Assembly (NCBI RefSeq): GCF_009914755.1
Contig: NC_060931.1
Source: the human T2T-CHM13v2.0 reference genome, Homo sapiens
Reading direction: 5' to 3' (one strand)
Length of the DNA: 64,000 bases
Shown: piece after piece, positions 43,503 to 57,000 of the stretch
Layout: every line of letters starts with the position of its first letter
Numbering within the stretch: the stretch's first letter is position 1
Notes under the pieces: model-generated
What the model saw: the letters and a program-made list of their open reading frames with translations, nothing else
Told to the model about the DNA's origin: nothing
Database searches by the model: none
Translations under genes and position numbers: made by a program

Positions 43503-46500
43503 AAGTGGATGAGCTCTGTTTCCTTCTCGTACTAACATCTGACAGGTGAGCCCTCAAGCCTGAGAAAGCAAAATTAGAAGGAGGTACGTTCTAGTGCCAG
43601 AGAAAAGAAAAGGCAGTAGGAAGGACTGAAAATCAGGATCCTGCGCTATAAAAGGTACCCCAACGAAGGGAGGGCCATACATTAGGCCAAACTTCACTGT
43701 TTGTATCATATTCCTAGGACTAAGAAAAAAAAACACATTCTTTTTCTCACCAAAATCCAAGGTAGATAAGAAAAGTGATAGGCAATGAATTCTTAACATT
43801 CGATGGACGAATTGACCCCATATGAAGCTGGCCTGAAATTCAATGGGCACGAGTTTATTTGTGGTTTCATTGAAAATTTGACTTCCCAGCAGTGAAAACG
43901 TTAATCAAATATATAAATAATTTAATTGGAGGGAAAATAATGCATGATTAAATTCCAAACTAATCCAACACATAGACATGCAATTTGCCAGAGGCCCGAG
44001 AGTCAGAAAGAGATAGATGGTGTAAATTACAATGTGGCATGCCAACTCTCTCGGCGCAGCCACTCTGAACTCTCCCTGTCTGAATAAACAGGGCCAGGAC
44101 ATCAGGACCAGGAAATTTCCCCAGAAAAGCCAAGTCCCGACACTGAGCTTCCCGATGGGTCCATGTCTTCAGTTTTCCAATTGGGGCTCCAAGCATTAGC
44201 CTTAGGGAACTGGTGACTGAGGAAGTGAACACCTCATGAGCCCATAGCAAACCAATGAAATGATGTTTTTTTAACTGTCATCGAATGGGAGCAAAATGAG
44301 CCACGACTCAGTATTTCTTCCACTGTTTCTTCCACTCCTTTGGGGCTCCGGGAGCCCATAGAAAGGTGGGAGAAATCACAAGCTGGTTTAGCAATCAAGG
44401 AGGCAGAAGGTGCTTCTTTCTTTTAACGGAGTTTCTTTGGGAAGCCGAGCCCTGGATGTCCACCAAGGAGGCTTGGAGAGCTACAGGAAGAAATGGGAAA
44501 GTGAAGCTTTTCTTTCACTAGCAGCAAAATAGATGCCACAATGGACTTTACTGAGCTAATCAGGGTCCTTTCTTCTCACTTTGTTATTTCACTATTAGCT
44601 CAGAGCAGGCAGTTTTCCCTTGGTCTGTTCCTAACCCTCCAGATGAAAGGACACATGCAGTCCATGGCTCGCAGCTCTCCAAATAAAGCCGCCGTTCACG
44701 CAGCTCATGAGGCTGGGAAGTACACTTCTGCTTTCCTTCAGTCTCCTCTCCACCAATTCCCACTCAGAAACACAGTTCTCTGGATCGATAAGTGTCCTCC
44801 CTTCTAAGTGACTTCTTCAGAATGCTACCACAAGGCTCAAATGTGTGTGTGCAAGATCTGCACATCCCCATTCAAACCCTGCCCGAGGGAATCACTAATC
44901 CATAGATACACACCTGGCTGCCTCAAAAGTCTGTCCACTCTTTACATCAGCCAGTTTCTTAACATCAAGAAGGTGAATTCCACTGTTGTAATAAAAATAT
45001 TACCTTTAAGCATTGCTAAAAACAGTGGAGGGGGGAAACGCGAAGCTTCAGGCTCAACCCTCACCAGTTTCCAGACAGCTCCCCTGCGCATGTACTTTTC
45101 ACGCCAGTCTTTCTGTCAGTATCTAATGTTTCTCAAATCCCACAGAACTGCTTTATCAATTTAAAAGATTTCTACAAGGTACGACGCCAAGTTCATCACA
45201 ACACAAGCTACATGTAAAAGCAAAATATATGTTCATAGTTTTCAAATACATATGATCTCTCTCACATACACACAAACACCCATGTGCACACACAGGTGGT
45301 GTTATGGCCTTCATAGAAAATAGAATAAGGGCTTAGAAAGCAGTGTGTTCCATATATAAACATCTAAGAAAATGGAACAGCCTTTCTGGCTGGTAGTTCA
45401 CTGGGTTCACTGGTGAGTCACTGGTGGAAGGCTGAGCACACTTGCTCCACCCCCAGTTGTATTTCCAATTCATGCCTTTGCTACATTTCTCTCTCTTGAA
45501 CCATTAAGATGCCACCATTTGTTGCGGTGATTATATTTTTAAAAGGCAGAAAATAAAACTGAAACATTCTCTTCTCAGAATGTCAAACTGGAAATGTTTG
45601 ATAGTTTCAAAATCTTTTTATGTTAGTCTACCAGGTGAGCTCATAAATGCAGCTTGAGTTAATTAATACACTGAACAGGATTCGATAATTTGAAACTTCT
45701 GTGGGATTTGCTGGGGAAAGATATTAAGAAAGTCTTCTACTTTGACATAAGATGGGATATAAAGAAGTAAACTATTTCAAGTAAGCTCAATTTTCAGTGT
45801 TTCTTGACTTTATGTTATAAGCCTATTACTCTTTAGGTAGTATTACTCTTTAGGTAGTAGTCCAGAAATATTTCTGAAAAGAAAAAAATGGGAAAATAAT
45901 TTAGAATCTATTAAAATTTAATTTATATTAAAACTGATTTGCAAGAAAGACTGAAATGTTTTGCCTAAAAAAACACTTTCCACAAGAATCCCTCAAAACT
46001 TCCTGCCTGAAATAAGGTCTATACCCTCCAGTTTTGTGTATTACTTGATAAATGCAACATTTTTGAAAGTTTTACAACTGTCATGATGTGGATTATATTG
46101 GGGATACCTTGTAATTGGATTCCTAAATGCTTCACTAGGCAGACATAGAAAAAAACATGAATCACAGACTATCAGGACTGAAATAGGCCTTATATATCAA
46201 TGTGCACTTTAATTTTAGATAAATAAAATAATTTAAATTGTTTTGGTGGCACCCATCAATCTTCCTTCCTAACAGATTATTTAAAAACCTGAAACAGCCT
46301 CTGCTGTGGGAGGGATCTCCCTGAGACTTCACAAAATGCCTGTTTCAATTCAAACTGGTTAATATAAATATCAAGGCATCTTTCAGTTTCTGACATAACT
46401 ATAAAATTATACCAGAAAATACCCAGAGGACTCAAGACTTTGGGTACAAACCAGCATTCTCTTTATAAAAATAAAGCAATTTCTTATTTCTGATTTGTGA

Positions 46501-46839
46501 ATATTAAGAATTAGGACGAGATAAAAAAATACGCTTCTTGGTTAAAAATGAATAAATAAATGGACTTCTTCCTGGCTGTTATTTGAATCCTGCTTTTAGG
46601 TACAAATGTGTAACAAAATTATTTTTTCTTATGTGTAAGAAAGGCAAAGTTCTTTAACAAGGTAGATGTTTTATCTGAACAAAGGGCTTTATAATGTTGG
46701 ATCTGAAGAAGAGAAATGAACTAACCTAAAATATGACCCCCACCCCACCCCACCCCATCACCTCCCCAGACCTCCCCAAGGAAAGCTGGACTATGCTTCA
46801 CTGCAGCAGAACACTATCATTTCACATTTAAAAACAAAA

Positions 46840-47182
46840 GTCTATTAAAAGGAATGAAATACGCATACACATTACAACATGGTTGAACTTTGACAGCATG
46901 CTAAATGAAAGAAGCCAGTCCAAGAAAAGATAAATACTGCATGATTCCATTTATATGAGTATCCAGAATAGGTAAATCTATATATTAAAAAAGGTGGGTG
47001 AATAGAGAAATTGGGGATGACAGCAAAAGGGTATGGGGTTTCTTTGTAGGGTAAGGAAAATGTTCTAAAATTCATGTGGTATTGGTTGCACAGCTTTGAG
47101 AATATATCAAAACATACGAATTGCTGTATACTTTAAATGGATGAATTACATGGTAGATAAATTATATCTCAATAAAGATATT
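46840..47182 (+). mobile_element. L1MB-type LINE-1 3' end
   Basis: aaaaggaatgaa..acaacatgg.tgaac...atgattccatttatatga...attatatctcaataaag. Confidence 0.85.
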
Positions 47183-47421
47183 ACCCCCCACCCCCACCCC
47201 ACGCCTCCAAAGAAAAACTCACAAAAGTATACTTGGTGATGAAGTCTGGTACCAGGAAATTGTGGGAGAATAGGAAGAAGGTTGAAGGAACAGCCAGGTA
47301 GAATGGAATCTGACTTCCCCAGAGCTACACCTCTCCTTCAGACTGACTGGGGTAGGGCCCGACAAGTGTTTTTCCATGGAAGCACAAGACTGCATCTTAA
47401 TCACAACTTCTGCTACAACAT

Positions 47422-47438
47422 ACACAGACACAGACACA

Positions 47439-47481
<43 letters not shown>
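47422..47481. repeat. (CAGACA)n(CA)n compound microsatellite
   Basis: Direct reading. Confidence 0.9.
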
Positions 47482-47482
<1 letters not shown>

Positions 47483-47506
47483 TGGGTTGAGTCAAAGTGG
47501 AACCTA

Positions 47507-47808
47507 TTTTATTTTTTTGAGACAGAGTGAGACAGAGTCTTGCTCTGTTGCCCAGGCTGGAGTGCAGTGGTATGATCTCAGCTCACTACAACCTCCACCT
47601 CCCGAGTTCAAGTGATTCTTCTGCCTCAGCCTCCTGAGCAACTGGGACTACAGGCATGCGCCACCACTCCCAGCTAATTTTTGTATTTTTAGTAGAGACG
47701 GGGTTTCACTGTATTGGCCAGGCTGGTCTTGAGCTCCTGACCTCATGATCCACCTGCCTCGGCCTCCCAAAGTACTGGGATTACAGGCGTGAGCCACTGC
47801 GCCCGGCT
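47507..47808 (-). mobile_element. Alu (S-type)
   Basis: Antisense Alu; TSD gtggaacctatttt / gtggaacatatttt. Confidence 0.95.
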
Positions 47809-48438
47809 GTGGAACATATTTTTATGATACAGTATTTTCCAGTGGGTTTCTTACTGGCCTCAGTTAATAACCTGGGAACCTCACATAAATGACGACTTCT
47901 CTGTATTCCTCTGTCCTCATCGTCCAAGTTGTAGAGATGAGTGGAAAGATGGAGAAACCTGAACTTTGTGCAGAGTTGTTAACAGAACAAAGCCAAAAAA
48001 CATCATACGCTAACATCAGTTCAAGTATGCAAAATAGTGCATGATTTGAAAAAGCAGATAGTTTCTAATCCATGATATATTCTAAAATTTACTAAAGATG
48101 CTTGAAAAATTGACGCACTGTTAATTCAGAATCTCTATCTTTTCAGTTTTGCTGTTACCTTGGATTATATAATAACTAGGTATAAATGTAAAATTTGTGA
48201 CATAATTTATCTAGCTGACCCTCCACCCTACCCTAAGGAATGCACATGTCGCAGGCTCAAACTCATATAAATAGAATCACAGTAGTGACTTAATATTAAC
48301 GTGACCTAAAAACTGAAGGAAATGTGAGTTTTTGAGAAGAGTTTCTAAGAAGTAAATATTCATAATATTGGTTGATGTTATTTATATTATTTAGGTCAAA
48401 AGGAAACATCCTCATTCTTCAAAGTGCCTTAAGGGCCC

Positions 48439-49103
<665 letters not shown>

Positions 49104-50091
49104 GGCCCCTAATTCCTTCTAGAAACTATAAAAGTGCTCCTTCTCTTAAAATTTTGTTTTCTGAGTTCTAAGTTATTTTACTAAAACGAAAATGTAACTG
49201 TTGTCTCTTAAGAGGCTTCTCTTACCATCCAGTAAGTTGCCTTTTGTTAAAGAGCTTCTCAGAGTTTCTTTCCTGGAGTGGCCTGTATTTAAGTCCTATT
49301 GTGATTTTACATGGAGAAGTAAAGTGACGTGTGTAAACTATTCTAAGACTCTGTGCACATCGTTTCTACAAGTTACTGAGCAGATTTAATTTTATACCAT
49401 ATCCTTTTAAATATCGACTTTGTTTCAGCCAAATGACAACAAAACCAGTAAACTCTTCTTAAGCAAATTGATTAGGGGCTTAATTACCAAAAAGAAAGAT
49501 ATAGAGTTAAGCAAGTAAGGATTCAGTAGTATCTATTCTAGAGATACTTTTAAAAAAGACTATTAAACACAGATAGGCAAAATTATTTTAACTGTGTAGT
49601 CATGGAACGAAATTATTTGGAAAACCATTCTCCAAAGAGGCACCTTCTATTTCATCTCTGTAATGAACAAATCCAGCAAACATGGTAAGAGCCAAGGTTT
49701 CTGATTTGAGCTCTAGCCCCAAAGGAGGTGCAGTTAAATCCCAATTTCCTGTTCCACAACTGGCTCCTAGATGAGGAAAATAGAAAGGCCAGAGGAGCTA
49801 AGAAAGTGGCTATAAATGCAACCTCTCCGAAGGATCAAATGAATTTGTCACTCTTATGCACGATCATTCCTACAAGTCCAGCATACGGAGAAAGCATTAC
49901 CATCCATTGCAATTGCATTTATATCCAAGTTAAGGATTTCAGAAGCCAGATTGTATCCCAGAACATTAAAATTCCCTCACCTATGGGCTTGGTTTTCTGC
50001 CAGATTCAGAAAAGAGAGTTAATGGATAGTTTCTCTCTACACTAATAGCAATTTTACTATTCAACCTGTTGTCAAAATAATGCTTATTTTG

Positions 50092-50349
50092 GGCTGGGTG
50101 CAGTGGCTCACACCTGTAATCCCAATACTTTAGGAGGCTGAGGCGGGAGGATTGCTTGAGCCCAGGCGTTCAACACCAGCCTGGGCAACATAGTAAGACC
50201 TCATTTCTAACAAAAAATAAAAATAAAAATTAGCACACGCCTGTAGTCCCAGCTACCTGAGAGGCTGTAGTGAGCTGAGATTGCACCACTGCACGCCAGC
50301 CTGGGTGACAGAGCAAGACTCTGTCTCCAAAAAAAAAAAAAAAAAAAAA
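50092..50349 (+). mobile_element. AluJ with right-arm internal deletion
   Basis: Perfect 14-bp TSD ataatgcttatttt (50077-50090, 50356-50369); right arm collapsed at the gaggctg microhomology. Confidence 0.92.
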
Positions 50350-50461
50350 GGAAACATAATGCTTATTTTCCTATTAAAACTTTGAAAGGTAGGACGAATA
50401 GGTATAATAATATTTATAATAGTACATTTGCACTTTTAACTGTAGGGTGATTAATGCTTGC

Positions 50462-50463
<2 letters not shown>

Positions 50464-50492
<29 letters not shown>
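50464..50492. repeat. (CA)n microsatellite (~14 units)
   Basis: Direct reading. Confidence 0.95.
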
Positions 50493-50494
<2 letters not shown>

Positions 50495-51202
50495 GACTAT
50501 CCCTAAGAAGAACAGAGAAGATTTAATTTTTAGTCTCCTTGATTACAAAGGTAGGCACAAAGTTTTCCTGTTGGAAAATCAAGCTACTAGGAGCACCAGT
50601 ATCTAGAAGTACACAGAACATTAGCCTTTATTTCCTAATTTTTATGATTTCAGCAATCCACATGAAGCCTAAGCATATAGGTATTACTAGTAAAGGATCT
50701 GAACATGCAGTGTGATTCCAAGAAAATTCAAAAGTTAAGAATAAAATAAAAAACGTAAATGAAAAACGAGATCCAATTTGAATGGGTGGTCTCTGTCTTC
50801 AATGCCCTACGAAAGCAACCATACTCCCTCCACATCACTGAAGTCTGATTCTGAACATTAGAACAATCAGCTCTTGAACTGGCCTTCAAGTTTAGAAATT
50901 CTGATATAATTTTGATCACTAAAATATAGGTTAAAATAATCATAGTTACAATAAAATGTATTTGAATTTCAAGTAGATTTGGAGAGAGTATTTTTAATAT
51001 TGGGAGAAAAGTTGACAATTCGTTTTAATGAAATCTTTTGAAGATGGGAGGTAGAGAAGTGTTTTTGGTACCAGCCACAGTCCAAACTACATCCACGGTC
51101 ATGGCTCTCCCTGAAGGCCTACTGCTCGTCACATTGCTAAGGGAGGGTCTTACACGGTAAGTGCTGGGAGAACTTTCCATTGGCAATTAAAAATAGATTA
51201 AG

Positions 51203-51206
<4 letters not shown>

Positions 51207-51242
<36 letters not shown>
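51207..51242. repeat. (GT)18 microsatellite
   Basis: Direct reading. Confidence 0.95.
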
Positions 51243-51246
<4 letters not shown>

Positions 51247-52339
51247 ATGGATGGTGATTGCTGATCACAGAAGCACAGGCACGTCTCAAGAACTACTGGA
51301 AGAAAGGAAGGAGGCAGGCAAGTAGGCAAAATTATCCCTTTGGAAATCTGCCCACAGTCCCTGCTGAGCTGACGCATTCATTCACTATTCACTCAAAGCT
51401 TATTTATGATATGACAGTTACTGTGCTCAACACTGAAAAGGCAAGACAGAATAAGACATGTCCATTGGATCTTATCCAAGGTTGGCTGCGGGAATGCAGA
51501 AACGAATACTGTCTAAAAATTAGCCTTCAATGCACGGACACATTTGCTTGGCAATTAAAAGTAAGCTACTCAGAAGAATGCATGATTCTTTTGCTTCACT
51601 CATGCTCCCCACATCATAGAAAACTAGCAGGCCCATTGCCCAGGGCTTTTCCAGGTTTGTCCTACCAAACCAAGGTGGAAAGCAAGCCCCTCCGCTTCGG
51701 CATGCTTTTCAACCTGTAGAAGTATCAACTCTATCATTTTTCAATCAACTTTTATTCACAAGCCACCCTGGTGTGCAGTACCCTCCTAAACATCTTGACC
51801 CCCTATTAACAGTACATCTAAGTATATAAAAGCAAAATCTCCATACACGCAATATGAGTATCCACTACATGTTCTATACCTAGATTGTAATTTTCTTTAG
51901 CTTATTAGTAGAAGGCATAGAGTTTAGAGAAAGAGCATAAGCCCAGACAGTAGGCTATAGGGATTCATTCATTTGTGTGCCATGGGCAAAACATATATGA
52001 GACATAGGCATTGTGCCTGAGCCTAAATAAGGTGAATGGGAAACAATGGGATAGGCACTAATAAAATAGTGAAGAAGGGAAGGTTTCATAAACAGGGTAA
52101 CTGAGCTGAATTCAGAAGGAAGAAAGGGAGGCTGACACAGGAAAAAGTGAATTGAGGAAGAAGGGAAGAGAGATACAGAGGCCCAGTGTTAAGAAAAACA
52201 CAATGTGTTGGAAAATGGTGCCAAGTATAGGATTGGGGAATGTGTGTGCGTGTCTGTGCATATGTGTGTGTATGCATGTGTATGTGTGCACATGCTGGTG
52301 AGTGGCTGTAGGATGAGTGCTGCAGAGGCAGCCTGGGGA

Positions 52340-52830
52340 AAAATTATAAGGGGAGTTGAGTGCCCTAAGGCAACCAGATCCCAGGCAACCAAGAGCAGGT
52401 TTTAAGCAGGGCAATGATCAGATTTGTTCTTATAAAAGGTAACTCTGGCAGCATCATAGAGGCACTAAGCAAAGACTGGGCAATGAATCCATCTAGGAGT
52501 TGCTATAATCATCCAAGAAAGCTGTGACCTTGAACTACAGCAGTAGCCAGGAGGATGAATAGTAAGGGGCTAGATGTGAAAGACATTATGGAATAATTTG
52601 TGGGTGATGAATTAGAGAGAGGAGTAACAGGTGATACCGAAGTCTCCAGCTTGAAAGATCTGAGACAATAACAGTATTGGAGGGCCAGGAGATTTGGTGA
52701 CGATTACCCTTCTGTGTGGAACATATCATAGTGGAGATGCCTCCAGGACATCTCTGGTAGAGAGATCCCACAGAGAAGACAATCCTGGACATAAAGATTT
52801 GAGAATCTAAGAAAGACTGCAGCTGATGCA
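52340..52830. mobile_element. L2 fragment
   Basis: ggttttaagcagg...gatcagatttg...actctggcagca...ctggacataaagatttgagaatc. Confidence 0.55.
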
Positions 52831-53689
52831 GGAATGTGGGCCCCTTCCCTACCCCATGTTATCTTTGGTAAACTAAAAAACACCTACACAGTATTTTAAA
52901 GATTTCACAAAGCCCAATTTGAAAACCCCTGACCAATGGAGACTGTACAGAGGATGAAAAAGGAAGAAATTGAAAACAATGACGAGACCGGTATTTTAAG
53001 AGATAGGGAAACAAAAAAAGAAAGTAAAGGAGAGAACAAAGGACACAGTAAATGGCAGGGGACAGAGCATGTCATCATGTGGGGTGTCTTTGGAGGACCC
53101 CAAAAGAAGCGATTAAGGCAAGGAAGTATTAAGTTCTTTGCCAGTGGTAGCTTGCCAGCCCCAGTAAGTTTGGGGGGATCAGACAGGAAAGACAGAAAAT
53201 GTCTAGCAATATGTTGGAGTGTGGGCTTAAGCAGGAAAACTGGTTCATTTGAAATTACTGTGCTGGAAGGGGCTAAGGAGTTGCAAATAGAAATCAATAT
53301 AGCACTTGAGTTTTAAGCAGTTTGTTGTTTTGAACCTTTTGTTTCTCCCATGCTGCCTGCAAAATTCAGTTCTGTGCAACAGCCTTTTATCAAGGAGGCC
53401 TGCTGGAAAAGTGAGACTGTGACCTCATCCCAGAATACAGATGAGTGGTCACCAGAAGTCAGCTGGATGTGTGACAAAGTGTCCGGCAAGAAAAAAGGTG
53501 GAGTGAGAGGAAACCCGAGGACCACACTGACCTGGAGGCACACCTGACCACCCCTGAAACAAGGGAGACAGAGCAGAGCCAGGGTTTTAGAGGAAAATGC
53601 CCTCCAGAGGCTGGCAACATAGAGATCCACAGCTGGAGACGTGTGGTCACGTCTAGGATGGGGTCACTGAGCGAGGATAACTTGACCTC

Positions 53690-54030
53690 TGGCAGTCCTT
53701 CTTCAAATGCCACCTCCTTACAGAGACTCATCGCCCCGCTCGATCCTGGTCCTGATGACCCCACTTACTGTCCAACCTCCCCATCCTTGAACTCTCCAAG
53801 CCCTACCCTGCTGCTCTCCCTTTTTTCCCGTGGCCCTTATCACTTCCAACACACTATAATTTACTGACTGACATTGTTTAATATTTATTGTCTGCTCCGC
53901 CCACCAGAATGTGAATTCCACACAGCCAGGGATTTTCATCAGTTTTGTTCAATGATATGTTCCAAGTGCCTGGAACAATGCCCAGCCTATAGTAGGAACT
54001 CAGTAAATACTTGCTGGAGGAATGTGTTAT
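53690..54030 (+). mobile_element. L2 3' end
   Basis: caaatgccacctcct.acagag...tttattgtctg...gtgcctggaacaatgcccagc.tatagtagg.actcagtaaatacttgctg. Confidence 0.75.
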
Positions 54031-57000
54031 TAGAAATGTGTTATTGAAAACAACAAGCTTTGGAGCCAATGTGGTCCCAGGCCTCAATATACTCCCAACC
54101 GGCTGCCTGCCTTAGATTTGTGCTTTGAGAATCAGAAGCCACAGGAAACGGAAGCAATTTCCTGTGATTGCTCTATTCCCCACAATCTGATAAACCTCAG
54201 CATCACAGATGCCTGTAGGGTCCACCAAGGAGGGCCTCCTTTCAGACTATAATTTTAGACTGGGGTTCTGAGTTAGTCATGACATAATTCAGAGTTATCT
54301 TAGTTGGCTCCTATTTGTTATAAATGAAAAGAATTTTAAAATTTATTTTTGCCCACCATGACAATGTTGACATAACTGTGGGGTAAGGGTTCTGGCATTT
54401 AAATGGTAACCCTAACTTTCAATGTTATGTCCCACTGGCTGTAGAAAAAAATAATCTGATGCTTTATCGTAGGTTTCTCTTGAAATAATTCATTAAAGCA
54501 TCAGATGAAGGAGGAAAAACAAAGACCAAGTTATCCTTGACAAGATTAAGCTGCACTCTATCTCACTGGAATTTGGGCCCCTAGCTATTGTTCTTGTGGA
54601 CAGTTTGCACAGAGATTTCTTCCCAATGCAATGCTGTCAACGAATAGAAAACTAAAGGGCATATTTCCTCCTTAATCTGCTTGTGGAAATCTCATTCACG
54701 GAATAGAAATCTTGCCCCCTATCATGACTAACATGTTTGAAGAGTCAAAAAAGGGAAGTAAGGTTGGTCCTACAGAATTTTCATTGGAGCAATAAAGAAG
54801 GCACTTTACCTAGAAACACAGGTTTAAACTTGGCAATTTAAAATAAATAAATAAGGGTGTGTGTGTGTGCAAAATTCTGTGGTCCTTCCAAAGGGGAACT
54901 GGGAAGAAAGCCTGCCTTGTGCTAAGCACCATTCTTCACATGGTGAAATCACTCCTGGGGGAGGGTGACTTTTCTTGAATTTGAGCCATTTCTGCAATTT
55001 TGTTTTCTTGCTTTGTCTTTTACCTCCCCACCAAAGTAAGAATTTCATTCCTCAAGAAGTGCTAATTTATTCCTCAAAATATGTTTTTAATTTGGTACTT
55101 TTATTCCATAAAACTTATTTTTATAAGCAGATTTTCTTGGGAGTATTTGGCCGGTGTATATTGCATAATCATTCAAGTCTTTAAAATCTTTCATTTGACA
55201 CTTCAGGCACATGCCTGTGACATATACGTGGCTTTCATAATGATCTCCACATTGCATGTGAACAGAATATTAATTTAGTGTGGTTATACCAGAGCAACTG
55301 GTTAAAAGTTTATGAATTTCAGCACTCTCTGGGGAATAAATAATGAATGCGCTTGCAAAATAAACCAGACTGAAACTAACTGAAACTCAATGTTCGGCCA
55401 AATTTTGCCACCTGGATTTTTAAAGTAAAAGTGTCCTGTTAGTTATTTTATCTAAAGTACATGCAAAATGATGTCTGTATATTTCATTTGTCAGGTAACA
55501 CAACTGCAGTACAAGTATCAGGAGCATAGTTTGTTTAGCAAAAAGTCAAGATGTGTCCCCTGGTCCCAGGCTATAGGTATTAAGGTCCTTGCCACCCATG
55601 ATGGATGTGAATCCATCCGTCATAGATGTGGGAACATGGCTGCTTGCGTTATGCTCCTTCCTGGTTTATCTTCTCTCATCTGTTTGCAGGAACCTGGTGT
55701 GTAGGCTGCACACACTGGGCTTTGGCTCATGCCAACTCTTCTGCCTGGCCTGCTTGTCCGATGTCTTTCTACTTGGCTGCCTCCTCCTCACACCTCATCT
55801 CCCACAGGAGGGTTTTCCTGATGTTCAGAGGGGTTCAGAAGCTTACCTAATAGTGCACCATGAGTTTGTGGCATAGATAAGAACAAAATTCAGGGCTAAA
55901 CTTTCTACCCACTATGTAGATGTAGCTGAGGAAAAAAGTGGCAATTTCAAGGTCTAAAAGTTTGCTCATTTGTGAGAGAGTCAAAGGCCTCGACAGAAGA
56001 GAACATTTCCCAAATGCCTTTTAATTAAATGCTACAGAAAATGCACAGAAGAGAAGGGGTGCTGTGTACCCATTAAAATAAATGAGATGAAGAAAAGAAA
56101 GAAGAAAGGCAAGAAGGGAGGGAGGGAGAAAACCGAAAGCATCCATGCAGACATGCAGACACAAACACACACAGTGTACTCCTGATACTCTGACTATACT
56201 TGATACATATTCCAAGATCCTAGACTCTGGGGCACTGTCAAAACCAGTAACCAACATTACAAGGGTTAAATTAGTTATCCTTGGTTGGCAATGGGTCTGA
56301 CCTCTGCTAACTGGTGGTCTGGAAGGAGATACCAAATCTAAGTGAAAGTCCCCTTCAGTGTAAATGGTAAATTTGCTCTGTTTTGATCCCAGGGCCTGTG
56401 GTTCAACTCTCAGGAGGGATGTGTTAACACTTCATACAGTGGATGGAGAGAAAACTGCTGTTTTTAGAAAATTTATTTTTGGTGGCTAAATGCCTTTAAA
56501 CTGTATGTTCATACATTTGTATAAACTATAATTCCCTCTTTATTTTGGTCTTGATCCATTCTTATTAAAATGAACTGGCTAATTTTCCTAAATTATTGTA
56601 CCATTAAAAATTATTTGTTGGAACAATTATTTTTTTTTTCCTCGAGTCCACATTAGAGAAAAGGCCTCTCTCAGAGCCACGGCCAATCCACTTTCCCAGT
56701 GGTCTTCACTGAGCATCAGCAGTTCAAACATACCCAACCTGTACCTTTCAAATGCTCAACACAGAGAATTCCCCAAGGGTTAGTCAACCGCTGGCTCATA
56801 TACAAAGAAAATACTGTATTTTGCTCTGAAGAGCTTTCTGAATCAATTTAAACACAGTGAGACAGACACAATATCCCAGAGAGAGGAAAACCTACCTTAT
56901 TACATTCCTGACCCAAGAGAAAGGATTTGCCCTTAGGACATAAAAGGAATCTGAGGGGGTATGGGGAAAGAATTATCTAATCCTAAACGTAAAAACAGTT

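Noticed and set aside
53546-53554. GACCACCCC near-GLI motif
   Set aside because: An 8/9 match is expected many times by chance and this one is isolated.
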